Source: Thecamonas trahens ATCC 50062 (Eukaryota > Protista > Apusomonadida). Taken from it: 46,994 nucleotides of DNA. Numbering within the stretch: the first letter of the stretch is position 1; each line of letters opens with the position of its first letter. Below, one piece after another: positions 18,268 through 32,430 of this stretch. The notes beneath the pieces are model-generated. The model was given only the letters and a program-made list of their open reading frames with translations, did not search any database and was not told the origin of the DNA. The position numbers and the translations under genes are program-made. The DNA lies in the NCBI RefSeq assembly GCF_000142905.1, contig NW_013657668.1, forward strand, positions 1-46,994, written 5' to 3'.

Positions 18268-19066
18268 TAGCCGACGCCGCTGCCTGTGGCGGCGCCCATG
18301 GCGTGATTCCCAATGAACTCCGGACGGCGCCAAGGCTCGCCCGCGACTGGAGCAGCTCCTCATAGTACACACACATGAGCGGTGCCTTGAGGCTGCTGCG
18401 GGTGCTGATGGCCCACGGGATGCCGCGGGTGAGCAGCCGCTTTCGGGCCGCTGCATCGACGTGCGAGGTGATGAACGGGCCGGCCAGCGCAGAGAGCACG
18501 TTCATAGGCAGCCCGGTCTCGCCGGCCTCGATCCACTTGAGCATGACCTCGCCCTCGACGTCCGGCTTGACCCCGTAGAGCACATGCCAAAAGTCGTGGA
18601 CCTGTCGGTACCGCAACATGACGTAAGCCAACTCGTCGTCGTCCACAAACCGGACCGCCGGCCGCTCGTCAGGCGAGAACCCATGGGTGGCAAGAAACGT
18701 GCCGTAAGCAGCGGCAAACGAGCTCTCCGGCGTGTTGGCAACCACGCCGGCGGCCTCATCCGCCGCCAGCGCCGCAGCAGCCTCGGCCGCCGTGGCTGAA
18801 TCGATCATCGGCCGCTCCGCCAGGATCCTCGCCCCGGTCTCATCCCTCGCCATCTGCGCTCGCATCGTCCGCAGCGCCTCCAGTCCCGTCGTCTCCCCGA
18901 GCGCCGACACCAGATCCGCCCGTGTCGGATCCAGGAATGCACCCACGGCTGCGCCCGCCGCCAGTACAACCCGCTGCAGCGGCGACAAGCTCGCCGCCCT
19001 TCGTCCGCTCGCCGTCACCGCACCACGCACCACGCCCACGCCTGCTCCCAGCACCGACCGCAACAT
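18245..19066 (-). CDS. COQ4: Ubiquinone biosynthesis protein COQ4, mitochondrial
   Basis: DPTRADLVSALGETTG, RILAERP, YRQVHDFWH...GE..LKW.E...TGLPM (HDxxH-x11-E zinc motif); Arg-rich targeting peptide. Confidence 0.95.
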   Translation of the reverse strand: MLRSVLGAGVGVVRGAVTASGRRAASLSPLQRVVLAAGAAVGAFLDPTRADLVSALGETTGLEALRTMRAQMARDETGARILAERPMIDSATAAEAAAALAADEAAGVVANTPESSFAAAYGTFLATHGFSPDERPAVRFVDDDELAYVMLRYRQVHDFWHVLYGVKPDVEGEVMLKWIEAGETGLPMNVLSALAGPFITSHVDAAARKRLLTRGIPWAISTRSSLKAPLMCVYYEELLQSRASLGAVRSSLGITPWAPPQAAASATTPGRPA

Positions 19067-19941
19067 GATGCTCTCACTGGCTGCCTCGGCTATCCTTGTC
19101 CAGACCACTCCCTCGCCTTTGCCCTGCCCTTGCCCTTGCCCTTGCCCTAAGAGTCGGGTGTTGCCCAAGCCTTTGACCTTGGCCTACGTCTCGCGCACCT
19201 TGCTGTGACGCGCTCGGCAACAACAGCCCTCCGCCGTCCATCGCAGCCCCCCGTCGCCCATCGCAACCCTCCGCCGTCCATCGCAGATCTCAGAAAAGCC
19301 ACACACTCCTCCTAACTAGAAACCAGTGCCCATCATCGACCATGCCACCATCATCCACCGTCTCTGTCGACAAGGGCACTGATCACATTCGTTCACAACG
19401 TGGAAGGTGGGGAAAAAGTGGCCGATTGGCGTTCACACACGATTGATACCACCACGTGAAAGACCGAGGGGGGAGACGACCATGTCATAGAAGGTACACC
19501 TGGTGTGCCCACCACGACATTATCCATCTCTAACCAATAACATAAGCCACCGTCACCAATGATCATTCTCTCCCGTCTACTATCGTCGCCACCGCCATCA
19601 CCACATGTTCGCTCTCAGCAGCCACCGCACAGCCAGAAACGACCGTGACACCAGAGACACTCGCCACCGCCACCCTCCTCCTTCCCCACCACCACCACCA
19701 CCACCACCACCACTTCTCCACATACGCATTTCACAAGGGGTGCAACATGGCCGACACTCCTCCGAGTACGTGTGTTTGGTAAGAGGGGAGGAGGAGGGGG
19801 GGGAGGGAGAGGAAGGAGGTGGGGGGAAAGGGGGGGGGGGGGGGGGGGGGGGGGGGCTGGCTCCAATGGCGCGACCTGTGGTGGCTTCATGGCGAAGGGA
19901 TGAGGACTGGGACAAGGGCAGGGGGGGGGGGCTGTGGACTC

Positions 19942-20244
19942 ATGGTGGATGTAGAGGATGAGGCGCCTGAGACTCGGCAGGTGGATGGTGAGCAGCAGAA
20001 TGGTGGGCCAGCGGCTTCGGTCAAGTTGGACGACGACGACCTGGCGCTGTTGGCGTCGGTGGAGCAGCAGAGCCGGACGGACATCCTCCGGAGCCAAGCG
20101 ATCACAGCTCCGAAAAAGGCCAAGAAGAAGAAGAAGAAGAAGAAGAAGGAGAAGGAGTCCGAGTCTGGAGAAGACGCAGACGTTGTCTTTGACCACAAGC
20201 AAATCACCGACGAAGAGCGCGAGCTGCTGGAGATGCTGGGCTAG
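19942..20244 (+). CDS. Hypothetical small charged protein with poly-Lys tract
   Basis: 100-aa ORF with coding-like codon usage; no family recognised. Confidence 0.5.
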   Translation: MVDVEDEAPETRQVDGEQQNGGPAASVKLDDDDLALLASVEQQSRTDILRSQAITAPKKAKKKKKKKKKEKESESGEDADVVFDHKQITDEERELLEMLG

Positions 20245-20371
20245 ACTGGTAGCCGCGCTCTCCTCCAGCCACGATCACGACACGACCGTCATTGGGTTTG
20301 GGGCCTTGCATGTAATGAACTCTCTGATCCACCCAATGGTCATTGGCGGGGAAACGAGCGGGGCGAGAGAG

Positions 20372-22611
20372 CTAAGCGTCGTCACCCATGGCGGCGACTA
20401 GGGCGTCGATGCGGGCAAACTGGTACGACCAGTCCGGGTAGAGGAACTGGCGGAGATCGTGGCGGTTGTCATCAGGTGAGTACGACTCAGCGTGATAGGC
20501 CGGGGTGAGGGTGGTCATCTTGTGGCGGTTGCGGCCGTACATCTTGAAGAAAAACTTGACCTTGTCGGCGACGGCAGCCGGGGACAGGTGTGGCCACTTG
20601 CGGACGAGGGCCTCAAACATGGAGACCGGGCCGGCCTTGCCGATCTTGCGGAGGCGACCGTACTCGGTCAGCTCGGCATAGGTCATGCCCATGTCGGCCT
20701 CGTCGGTCTGGGTGTAGTCGGCGGTGATGGGCTCGAGCTCGGCTGTCGGCGGCGCCGCGATGATGTCGGCGAGCGACGAGTAGCCGAACCGTTCGGTAGC
20801 CCAGGTCATGAACAGCCGCAGGTCGGCCTTGCAGATGGCGCCGATCGGGTTGACGTCTGCTGCCGAGCAGTCGTACTTGGTGTAGTACCCGCGGATGGCC
20901 TCATCGACGTTGGCCGAGCCGAGGACGAGGAGCCCGCCGCCAGGTCCGCGGACGGTGGGGATGAGCTGGCCAAACAGGTAGGCGATGACCATCCGCGACC
21001 GCGCCTGGATGTTCTGCAGTGCCAGGTTCTCAGCCCACGACCCGCCGTGGACCTTGAACTTGGGTGTGAACGAAGTGGTCTTGGCGAAGAGACTCTCAAA
21101 GGCAGACACAACCTCGTCGATGTTGATGTCGAGGTGGTACGAGCCAACTTGCTCCGCGAGCGCGGCCGCCCGCGCCCGCGTCTCGGCCGACGAGTTAGAC
21201 GTACCCATGTAACACGTGACAAAGATGGCGTCCGCAATGGCCGCCGGCGACTCAGGACGCCAATCCGGCTCCGACTCGGGCACCCGGACCATCCGCCGCA
21301 AGTCGGCAAGGACCTGCGCGTCCGGCCCGTCCTCGCTCATCACCGCATCGTACACCATGTGGCACATCGAGCCGACAATCGTCGCCGTCGCCGACGAGTC
21401 AATGCCACCCGAGAGCGGCACAAAGTAGCCTGAGAGGCCCGACCGCCGGAGGTAGTCCCACAGCCAGGCCGCCGGCCCGTACGCAATCTCTTCCTGCGGC
21501 AGCGGAATCCGCGGCTTGCCCAGCGCCTCGGTCAGCGCCCGCCTCCGAGCAAAGGTCGAAGAGAGAAAGACCGAGCTCACCGCATCCGCCGAGGCCGACG
21601 GGTACATCGGCGCGTCCGCTGCTTGCTTGGACGCCGACGCCACACCAGCCCTGAACGAGCGCACAGCGTCGAGGTCCACCGTCGCCGTCACCACGTCGAC
21701 GTCGCGGAGCGAGAACTGGTCGCCCTGGGCCACCAGCTTGCCATTGCAGAAGATCATGGCGCACCCGTCGTAGTAGCACCGCCCGCCGTCGCAGCCCTTT
21801 TGGTTGGCGTACAGGTAGATGCCGCCGCACTTGCGCGTCGCGTTGCCTATGAGGTCGATCCGCCGCGAGAGCTTGCGGAGCTCGTGGTGCGAGCCCGAGC
21901 CGTTGCCAAAGATGTCCACCCCGTCGAGCGCCATGCTGATGTGCGGCGCTGCCGGCGTGAAAAGCTCCTCGCACGTCTCCGACCCGAGCGTGGCATCGGC
22001 AAACCGCAGCACGCCGTCGCCAAACGGCGCTTCGGCCTGCCCCGTTACCTCACGCAGAACCCGCGGGAGTGCGACCTCGATGGTGGTCCGCGGCCGCGAC
22101 CACGCCGTGAACCACCGCTCCTCCCGGTAGTTGCCGTCGTTGGCTAGATGCATCTTAGGCCGAACAAGCACAATACGCCCGTCGAGAACAAACACTCGCA
22201 CATTGTACAGCACAGATCGGAAGACATATGGCATGCCCACGTCCAGCAGCATCCCCTCGGACGCACCCGACGTGATCAGCTCGGCAAGCACCTCCACCGA
22301 GTGGAAGAACGTATCCTTCTCCAGAAAGTGATCCTCACACCCATACCCTACGCCGCCATCAACATCACCACCATCATCATCATCAGTACATGCTCGCCCA
22401 GACCACCACACGATCTGCCTCCCTTCCCACGCCCAGCACCGCCCGCCTTTGCTACCCTACCTGGAATGCACAGCTCGGGTGTAATGAGGTACGAAGCACC
22501 TGCTGCCTTGGCCTCGGCCACAGCCGCCAGAATCCGGTCACGGTTGCCGGTAAAGTCCAGCGCAAACTGATTGAGGGCACATGTGGCAACCGTCACAACC
22601 GTCGGGTCCAT
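20372..22611 (-). CDS. NADSYN1: Glutamine-dependent NAD(+) synthetase, two exons (intron 22348-22460)
   Basis: [80 protein letters not shown]; GT-AG intron restores the frame. Confidence 0.97.
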
Positions 22612-22727
22612 CCTCTACTCCCTCTCTCTACGCGTCCAGAGTGTAGTGTACTCGACCTCGTCCGTCATCGAACGCAGCTTCCAACTCGGCTCCCGCAGAG
22701 CCTGCTCCACCCCCCCCACCCACCCAC

Positions 22728-22758
<31 letters not shown>

Positions 22759-23019
22759 GCTCATCCGCTGAGATGCGATGACAAGGGGCGATGATCTCAA
22801 CAGCAGAAGGAGACAGCTGGAGACATGATCGTCATCGTCATCGTTATCGTCATCGCGATCGTGATGGTGAAGGCGAACACAGCCACACCTCCGCCACCTC
22901 ACGGCCCATACCCATACCCCCCCACACACACATACACATACACCACTTCGCTCCACACACGCCACACATACTCACACACATACACATACGCATACACACA
23001 TACATATATATTCGCATAT

Positions 23020-23907
23020 ATGGCTAGCGCAAGTGTGCTCGGCCCTGAGCAGGACGCCGTCATTCAAGGCGGCAAGCTGGTGGTACGGACGCGGGCGCTC
23101 AACGCATACCTCGTCTGCGAGCTGTGCAACGGCTACTTCCGCAACGCCACCACGGTCTCAGAATGTTTGCATACCTTCTGTGAGCCGTGCATTCTGCGCC
23201 ACTTTGACTCGGGCTCAACAAAGTGTCCCACGTGTGAGACCGACCTCGGCGCCGACCCCTTCACCGCTATCCGCCAGGACATGGCCCTCAAGTCGCTCGT
23301 CGAGCGTATCTTCCCCAACGCCGGCCCTGGCACCGAGCCGAGCCGCAAGAAGAAGCGCAAGCGCTCGCGCTCGAAATCTACCGCGACCGCAGCCGGGGCC
23401 GGAGCCGCAGAGACTCCGACCAACGACGCTGCCGCCGCCGCCGAGGCCGGCGAGCCCGAGGCCAAGCGGGCCCGCAAGCTTGAGAACAAGAAGAGCGCCG
23501 CGCAAAGCGGACGAGTTGGTGATGTGTCTGTTACCACAAAGTATCTGGGCATGGACAAGAGCGCGCTCCCGCCGAACGTCTCGGTCTCGTCCAAGGGCAT
23601 TGTTACTGTCGACAACGTCGACTGGGTCAAGTTTGCTGTGCACCCCGACCCCAACGACGCCGCCACCCTGGCCCTCCCGTCCATCGCGTCTGTTATGCAA
23701 ACCAAGGCCTCAATCGACATCAAGCGACTCGCCAAGCACCTCCGCAAGAAGCTCTGCCGCAACATCCCGGGTGCCAAGATCGAGATCTTGTTCAACGGCG
23801 AGGTCTGCGCGCCGGAGTTCTCGCTCGAGTTTATCATCAAGACCCGCTGGCACTCACGCGACTCGGCCGACGTCCTCGACCTCACCTACCGCATGATTCA
23901 GTCGTAG
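23020..23907 (+). CDS. Polycomb group RING finger protein (PCGF/BMI1-like; RING plus RAWUL)
   Basis: LNAYLVCELCNGYFRNATTVSECLHTFCEPCI...CPTC...IRQDMALKSLVERIFP; C-terminal RAWUL-like region IEILFNGEVCAPEFSLEFI...LTYR. Confidence 0.9.
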   Translation: MASASVLGPEQDAVIQGGKLVVRTRALNAYLVCELCNGYFRNATTVSECLHTFCEPCILRHFDSGSTKCPTCETDLGADPFTAIRQDMALKSLVERIFPNAGPGTEPSRKKKRKRSRSKSTATAAGAGAAETPTNDAAAAAEAGEPEAKRARKLENKKSAAQSGRVGDVSVTTKYLGMDKSALPPNVSVSSKGIVTVDNVDWVKFAVHPDPNDAATLALPSIASVMQTKASIDIKRLAKHLRKKLCRNIPGAKIEILFNGEVCAPEFSLEFIIKTRWHSRDSADVLDLTYRMIQS

Positions 23908-23950
23908 CTATAAAGCCGCCATGTTATCTCGATCCTGTTCCTCGCCCGCC

Positions 23951-24943
23951 TCATCCCCACTGCGGACTCGCACCCTGCGGCGTAGGCCCAAGGGTGGCCG
24001 GCCCCGGCGCCACAAGCAGCTCAAGCACCGTGCCGCTGCCAAGGCCGTACGACGCCAAGGTCCGCGATGCATCGAGGAGGACCAGGCCGTCAGGCGGGAC
24101 GCCGCCAGCAAAGGCCGGCGCCAGCTCGAGGCTCTCGCGCGGGAGCCCAGCCTGCCCCGCAACCACGCTCTTGACGTCGGCCACCGTGTGCGATGCCGAG
24201 ACAGAGAGGGTGAAGACCTGGTTCCCACTCCGCCACCGCACAGAAATCTCGAACAGAGGCTCGTCGCCGCTCGCGTCGACCAGCTCACCGTCGCTGCTGA
24301 ACCCGTCGTCGAGCTCGTTAGCGCCAGTGTCGGCCCCGGTGTGGGCCTCGAGCGCCTTGGCCATGGCCCACAGCTCCTCTAAATACGGAAAGGCCGAAGG
24401 CCCGTCGCCCAGCGGCGGCGCTTCCAGCGGCGGGAGGTCTGGCATGCCCAGGACCCGCCCAACCCTGATGAGCGCCGCCAGCGCATCGCGCGCCGCGTTG
24501 ATGTCGTGCGCGTGCGCAGCCGTCACGTTGACATCGATGACCAGCGGTTCGCCAAACCGCCGCCCGGCAGCGTCCATAAACGCCCAGCTCGACAGCGCCC
24601 GCCCGCCCGTCTCAGGCGCCTGTACCTCGAGGCTCACGTTGATCCGCTCGCCGGCGCCCACCGCCGGCAACGCGATCGAAGGCGACTGGGCGAGCAAGCT
24701 GCCCGAGACAAAGACCAGAAACGCCCGATCCCACACCTCGACGCCGTCGTTCACCACCGACCAGGTCTTGATAAACGTCACGTTGGGTGCCAGCGCCGTT
24801 CCTGGCGGCACCGTCACGTCTCCGACCACACGGACAGAGAGCGGTGACTTTGAGCTACTCGGCGACGCCGACCGCTCCCTCCGCCGCGGTGACCTGCCAC
24901 TTCCTCCCGCCGCACGCGGCACCCGCCGTCTCTTGTACGGCAT
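23951..24943 (-). CDS. NBR1/ILRUN-type FW (Ig-like) domain protein with C-terminal ubiquitin-like domain
   Basis: DVTVPPGT...FIKTWSVVNDGVEVW...APETGG..LSSW..MD..GRRFGEPL (FW domain); TVADVKSVV...GLP...L...RTLASYGLGSGTVLEL (UBL). Confidence 0.82.
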   Translation of the reverse strand: MPYKRRRVPRAAGGSGRSPRRRERSASPSSSKSPLSVRVVGDVTVPPGTALAPNVTFIKTWSVVNDGVEVWDRAFLVFVSGSLLAQSPSIALPAVGAGERINVSLEVQAPETGGRALSSWAFMDAAGRRFGEPLVIDVNVTAAHAHDINAARDALAALIRVGRVLGMPDLPPLEAPPLGDGPSAFPYLEELWAMAKALEAHTGADTGANELDDGFSSDGELVDASGDEPLFEISVRWRSGNQVFTLSVSASHTVADVKSVVAGQAGLPRESLELAPAFAGGVPPDGLVLLDASRTLASYGLGSGTVLELLVAPGPATLGPTPQGASPQWG

Positions 24944-25129
24944 GGAGACCTTCTACGTCCTGCAAGTTGAGTGCTGCCGCTTGCTCTGGTCTTTGCCAAT
25001 GCCCTTGCCCTGCTCCCGGTGAGCAGGCTGCTGCCGTTTGGCCAAACTGCGCCGGTTGGCGGCAACGCGCGCGCGTGGGAAGGCGAACAACAACGTTATA
25101 CTGACGCAGACAAAGGTGCGCCAATGGTT

Positions 25130-26215
25130 TTAGTTGGACGAGCCAGAAGAGTTACGTCGGGCCTCGGCGCGTAGCTGGGCATCGGCTTGCACCAGATCGC
25201 GGAGAACCTTGAGCCGGATCGGGCCTGACGACCGAGCGGAGGAGACGGCAAAGAAGACGTCATGGTCGGCGGTCGCCTGACTCGGGCTTACCAGCATGGT
25301 GACTGTGGGATCGTCGCAGGCGGTGACCCATGCGTCATAAGCGGCCAGCTCGCTGTCGACATCTTCGGCGACGACAGCAGCGGCGGCGATCTCGCGCATC
25401 AGCGCCCGCTGCGCCTCGCGCAGAGCTGCCTGCGCTGCCTGAGCCACTGCTCGCGCCGCCAACGCCGCATCGGCTGCCGCGTACTCAATTTCATACACAT
25501 GCTGGCTCGCCAAATGCGCAAAGATGAGGCAGAGGAGCTCGGATGGAAGCAACGGAAGGAGACAGGCCGAGGCGTAGCGGTACTCGCCCGAGTCGGGATC
25601 GTGCGAGCGGGCAATGACCAGAACAGTGAATACCTCGTCGCGAAAGGCTTTGGGAAAGTACCGATGCCGCTGTGGCCTCCACCAGCGAGTCCGTGCCTCG
25701 GTCCACGCCTCGATCATCGCCGTTACGGCGGCCACGTCGTTGTCGCGATCGGCGATGGTCCGAAAGTCGCGATGGCAGATGTCGATGAGCGTCATGCCAT
25801 TGTGTGTGGCGGTGAGCACAGGCGAGCCGGCGTCGAGCAAGAATCGCACCGCATTGACCTGGGCGTACCACGTTGCATCCGCCAGCGGAGTAAAGCCGTA
25901 CGCATCGCGCGAGGCAATGCTGAAGCCAAACTCGGCGACGAGCCATCTCGCGAGTTCTTCGTGACCGCCCCACACCGCCCGATTGAGCAGAGTGTTCCCT
26001 CGCTCATCGCGCAACAGTGTGATGTCAAGCGGCGCCAAGGCTCCCGACTCGCAATCCTCGGTCGACTCTGCCTGCACCAGGCTGATGTGCATGGCCACGG
26101 CCTCGGCGTCTCCGGCCTCGGCAGCGTGGAACAAACCGACCTGTGCGGGGGTCGCATACAGCACCGTCTCCAGCTCGTCGTCCTCCTCCTCCCACTCTAC
26201 CACATGCCGCCACAT
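25130..26215 (-). CDS. Ankyrin-repeat protein with an F-box/SOCS-like motif after the repeats
   Basis: Ankyrin repeats GNTLLNRAVWGGHEELARWLV, GFTPLADATWYAQVNAVRFLLDAG, GMTLIDIC; then WRPQRHRYFPKAFRDEV and LPSELLCLIFAHL. Confidence 0.82.
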   Translation of the reverse strand: MWRHVVEWEEEDDELETVLYATPAQVGLFHAAEAGDAEAVAMHISLVQAESTEDCESGALAPLDITLLRDERGNTLLNRAVWGGHEELARWLVAEFGFSIASRDAYGFTPLADATWYAQVNAVRFLLDAGSPVLTATHNGMTLIDICHRDFRTIADRDNDVAAVTAMIEAWTEARTRWWRPQRHRYFPKAFRDEVFTVLVIARSHDPDSGEYRYASACLLPLLPSELLCLIFAHLASQHVYEIEYAAADAALAARAVAQAAQAALREAQRALMREIAAAAVVAEDVDSELAAYDAWVTACDDPTVTMLVSPSQATADHDVFFAVSSARSSGPIRLKVLRDLVQADAQLRAEARRNSSGSSN

Positions 26216-26877
26216 AAGGATATCTGCCTGGTGAGAGCCAGGATGTGGGTAATGACAGGCAGTGTCAGCGGGTGGGGGGAGTGGGTGTGGGTGTGGGGTA
26301 CGAGTGGCGGCGCGCACGGCCGCCTGACAGGCCGCCAGCCAGCAGAGCGCATGCAGTCAAACTCGACCATCGTACCGTTTTGACACATGGTTTTTTTTTG
26401 CTTGTTGGAGAGTAGGGAAGGGGGTGGCCGGCGACGAAACCGGTGGTGCTTGCACAGACGCGAGCTTGCGCCGGCGTGCACGTGCACTCTGCTTTGCGTG
26501 GCGAGCAGAGGCCTGGTCGGCGGTAGTGTGCATGACTGGCTGGGTGTCAGCGCCAGATCAGCCGTGAACAACCGTGGGCGAGAGAGAAAACACAAAGAAT
26601 GTGATCGACAGCGAGCGCAAGCGTCGACGCCATCAAGATGGGCAGCGGCCAGGACTCTAGTTAGGTCACACACACCCCGAGTCCGCTCCACCTTTCGCAT
26701 CCCAACCTACGCCACATCACATCGCTCACCGCATCGCAGCCTGGCAACAGGGCCATCAAACGCGCGACATGACAGGCACACTGCGGCAGAGAGCGGTGAG
26801 CGTGGAGGGCAAGCGAGAGGGGGGAAAGAAGCAAGGCACAGAGCGCCGTCACAAACAAGACGACGAGGCTAGCCTAG

Positions 26878-27556
26878 CTAGTCCTTGTTGATACCAAGAA
26901 TGCGCTTGCGGTGCATGTACGGGAGCTTGGGGATGAGGGCAAATCCGACGGCGACGACGTTGATGACAAACTGGGTGGTGGTAAAGTGGGCGTAGTGGCA
27001 CGAGATGAGGAAGAGGACGACCGGGACTGCAGTGAAGAACTTGCGGGTGGTGGTGAACTGGACCTCATCATCGAGCTGCTCCCAGAGGGTGAACTCCTTG
27101 AACTCGCCCTGGTTGTGCTCAAACGGCGTGCCCTTCATCCAGTGCCACGTCACAAACGTGGTCTACCCATCCATACACAAGCCGAACGCACACACCCACA
27201 ACCACCGTATGCAACACACATCACCATAAGTACATTTCCCCTCTCCATGCGCTGTTTCATCCCCGTAGCCCAAGTCATGCTACTGGTAGGCCTTCGGATA
27301 ACTCTGGCCACCCCCCGCACCCCCCTCCCCCGACCTCTCCCTCCCGACCGCTTCCTTCCTTTCCAGAGCAAATCAAACATACCATAGTATGGAGGACATT
27401 GAAGAGAGTCCAAGCCGTCGTCGACGCCATAAAGCCCTGCAAGAGGTAGAGGAAGAACCGGAAGCCACCAATGAGACAGAGGTAGAAGATCCAGAAGCCG
27501 CGCCCGTTGATCCATGTCGAGTTTGGGTTCACCGCGTTCGGTGCTGCCTCGTCCAT
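26878..27556 (-). CDS. ORMDL: ORMDL/ORM1 family sphingolipid synthesis regulator, two exons (intron 27163-27382)
   Basis: NPNSTWINGRGFW, AWTLFNVLH, HWMKGTPF..NQG...TLWEQLD...QFTTTRKF, PKLPYMHRKRILGIN; GTATGT...TAG phase-0 intron. Confidence 0.95.
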
Positions 27557-27732
27557 GTTGGCCTTTGCAGTGAGAGGAGTGTTGCTCAGATTGTTTCGAC
27601 GCAAGTGCCCCGTGCCTGTCCGGCAGAAAGACTGGCGATCACGGCCGTATTAAGGAGACACGGTGAGGGAGGAGGGGAACGTGTTACGATCGCATGGCTG
27701 CTCGGCAGTGAGCAGCAAGGAGGAACGGCTGG

Positions 27733-27766
27733 TCACGACGATGGCGCGGCGACATCCATGGCGGTC

Positions 27767-27802
<36 letters not shown>

Positions 27803-29192
27803 GCGCGGGCCTGTGCCTGCTCGGTGCCGACTAGATCGCGCACGACGGCAAAGAGACCAACGAGGGCGCCGAGCTGGACCCGCTCGGTGGTGGCAAAGGT
27901 GAGGCGGTACTCGAGATCGGCGAGCTCCTTGAGCAGGACGCCGAGGACGTTAGACGAGAACTGCATGGTGGCGACGACGACGTGGATCTCGCGCACGATG
28001 TCGATGAGGGCAAGCCCCTTGTCGGTGCAGAGCTTGGTGACGGCGGCGTACGCAGTCGAGTACGGGTCGTTGAGCATCCAGCGGAGAATGAGCTTGATGT
28101 CCGACGGCATCGGGGCGCCGGTCGTCGAATAGATAAGCTCCTCGTCCAGGACGGTCGACGCCAGCGACGCCGACTGCAGGATGTTGAGGCACTTGCGCAT
28201 GTCGCCCTGCGAGAGCCGCAGAAGCGCCGACTTGCCGTCAGGCGTGAGGGTGAGGCCCTCGGCCTCGAGTACGTGGTTGAGCCGGTGCTCGATCTGGTCC
28301 TGGCTCAGCGGCGCAAACCGGAACCGCATGCACCGCGACTGGAGCGCGGGAATGATGTTGGAGACGTAGTTGCAGATGAGGCAGAATCGGGTTGTCCGCG
28401 AGTACTTTTCGATGATGCACCGCAGCGCGTTCTGCGCCGTCTTGGTCATGGCATCGCACTCGTCAAGAATGATGAGCTTGAACCCGGTAGCAAACATTTT
28501 CCGTGTCGACGCAAACGACTTGACCTGATCGCGAACCACTGCAATGCCTCGATCATCAGACGCATTAAGCTGTCCACCCCCCCCCCCCATCCACACACAC
28601 ACACACATACCCGCCGCCCGCGTCGACGCGTTTGTCCCTCCCGAGAGGTGAGTTGTCGCCCTCTGCAAAACATGCCGTACACACGCTCATGACGTTACCC
28701 AGACCCCCTTTGCACACACAGACAAAGAGGATGATGTGGAGGTTTCGTCCGCGTGTACGTTGTTGCGGTCCACCCTGGAAGGCCTCGACTGTTGGAAGCC
28801 TCGTGTGGGGAGGGACGGAGGGAGTGGCGTCGATCCCGACGTAGAATCTTCAGGGGCGAGGAGAGGGCAGATGGTGGGGGGCATAGGCAAGGCAGGAAGC
28901 AAGGTAGGGAAGAAATGATGTGGCATGCAGTTGGAGAATACGTTGGAGGGGGGAGCAGGCGTACCTCTAGGATCATGGACTTGTACGAGGGGCCAAACAG
29001 CTGCTTGGCACAGGCAAGAATGGTCGAAGTCTTGCCCGTCCCCGGCGGGCCGTAGAGCAGCAGGTGCGGCATCTGCTGGCGATCGATGAGGGTCTCGATA
29101 GTCGAGATGATCTCCTTGTGCGAGATAAGTTCATCCAGCGAGTTGGGTCGGTACTTTTCCACCCACGGGAGGTTCGGGCTCACGCTCGCCAT
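27733..29192 (-). CDS. RFC5: Replication factor C small subunit (human RFC5/yeast Rfc3 type), two exons (intron 28570-28964), poly-Q tail
   Basis: PWVEKYRP, PHLLLYGPPGTGKT, ELNASDDRGI, FKLIILDECDAMT..AQNALR, IIPALQSRC, GDMRK. Confidence 0.95.
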
Positions 29193-29487
29193 CGCCTTTG
29201 GGCCGTGGAGGGGGAGAAGTGGTGACCGAGTCGAACGCGACGGTGACGGCGACAGCGAAAACGGCTCGAACCCTCTCACTGCGCGAGTTTTGGAGGGAGG
29301 CGAAAGACAGCCACAACTCGATGATCCCAGAGATCGAGCGACGGTCAGTGGGTCGAGAGGGGATATACGTGTGAAGGGGTGGATGGCAGCAGGCTCGGTG
29401 CCTTGGTAGTGCGGGTGTGCAGGAAGAGAGGTCTCCTTTAATCATAACGAGGGCTCAGAACGAGGGTCCAAGGCGCAGGACGTTGGC

Positions 29488-32300
<2,813 letters not shown>

Positions 32301-32430
32301 GTTGGGAGAGAGGGCGGTGGAGTGTGAGGCGGAGGCGTCGTGGTGAGAGGGAAGGGCGGAACGTCGCACGTGCAAAAGCCGCGCTGCGGCATGACAAGCA
32401 CATCGCTGTCACGTGCACGGAAGAAGGCGT

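Noticed and set aside
19225-19290. Roughly 20-bp imperfect repeat x3 (CCCTCCGCCGTCCATCGCAG) upstream of COQ4
   Set aside because: Short degenerate minisatellite with no evidence of function.
19780-19935. Poly-G tracts as G-quadruplex regulatory elements
   Set aside because: G and C runs are common in intergenic DNA and introns throughout the window; nothing is specific here and run lengths are unreliable.
27770-27800. Poly-Cys ORF on the + strand (27389-28132)
   Set aside because: It is the antisense of the CAG repeat encoding the RFC poly-Q tail.
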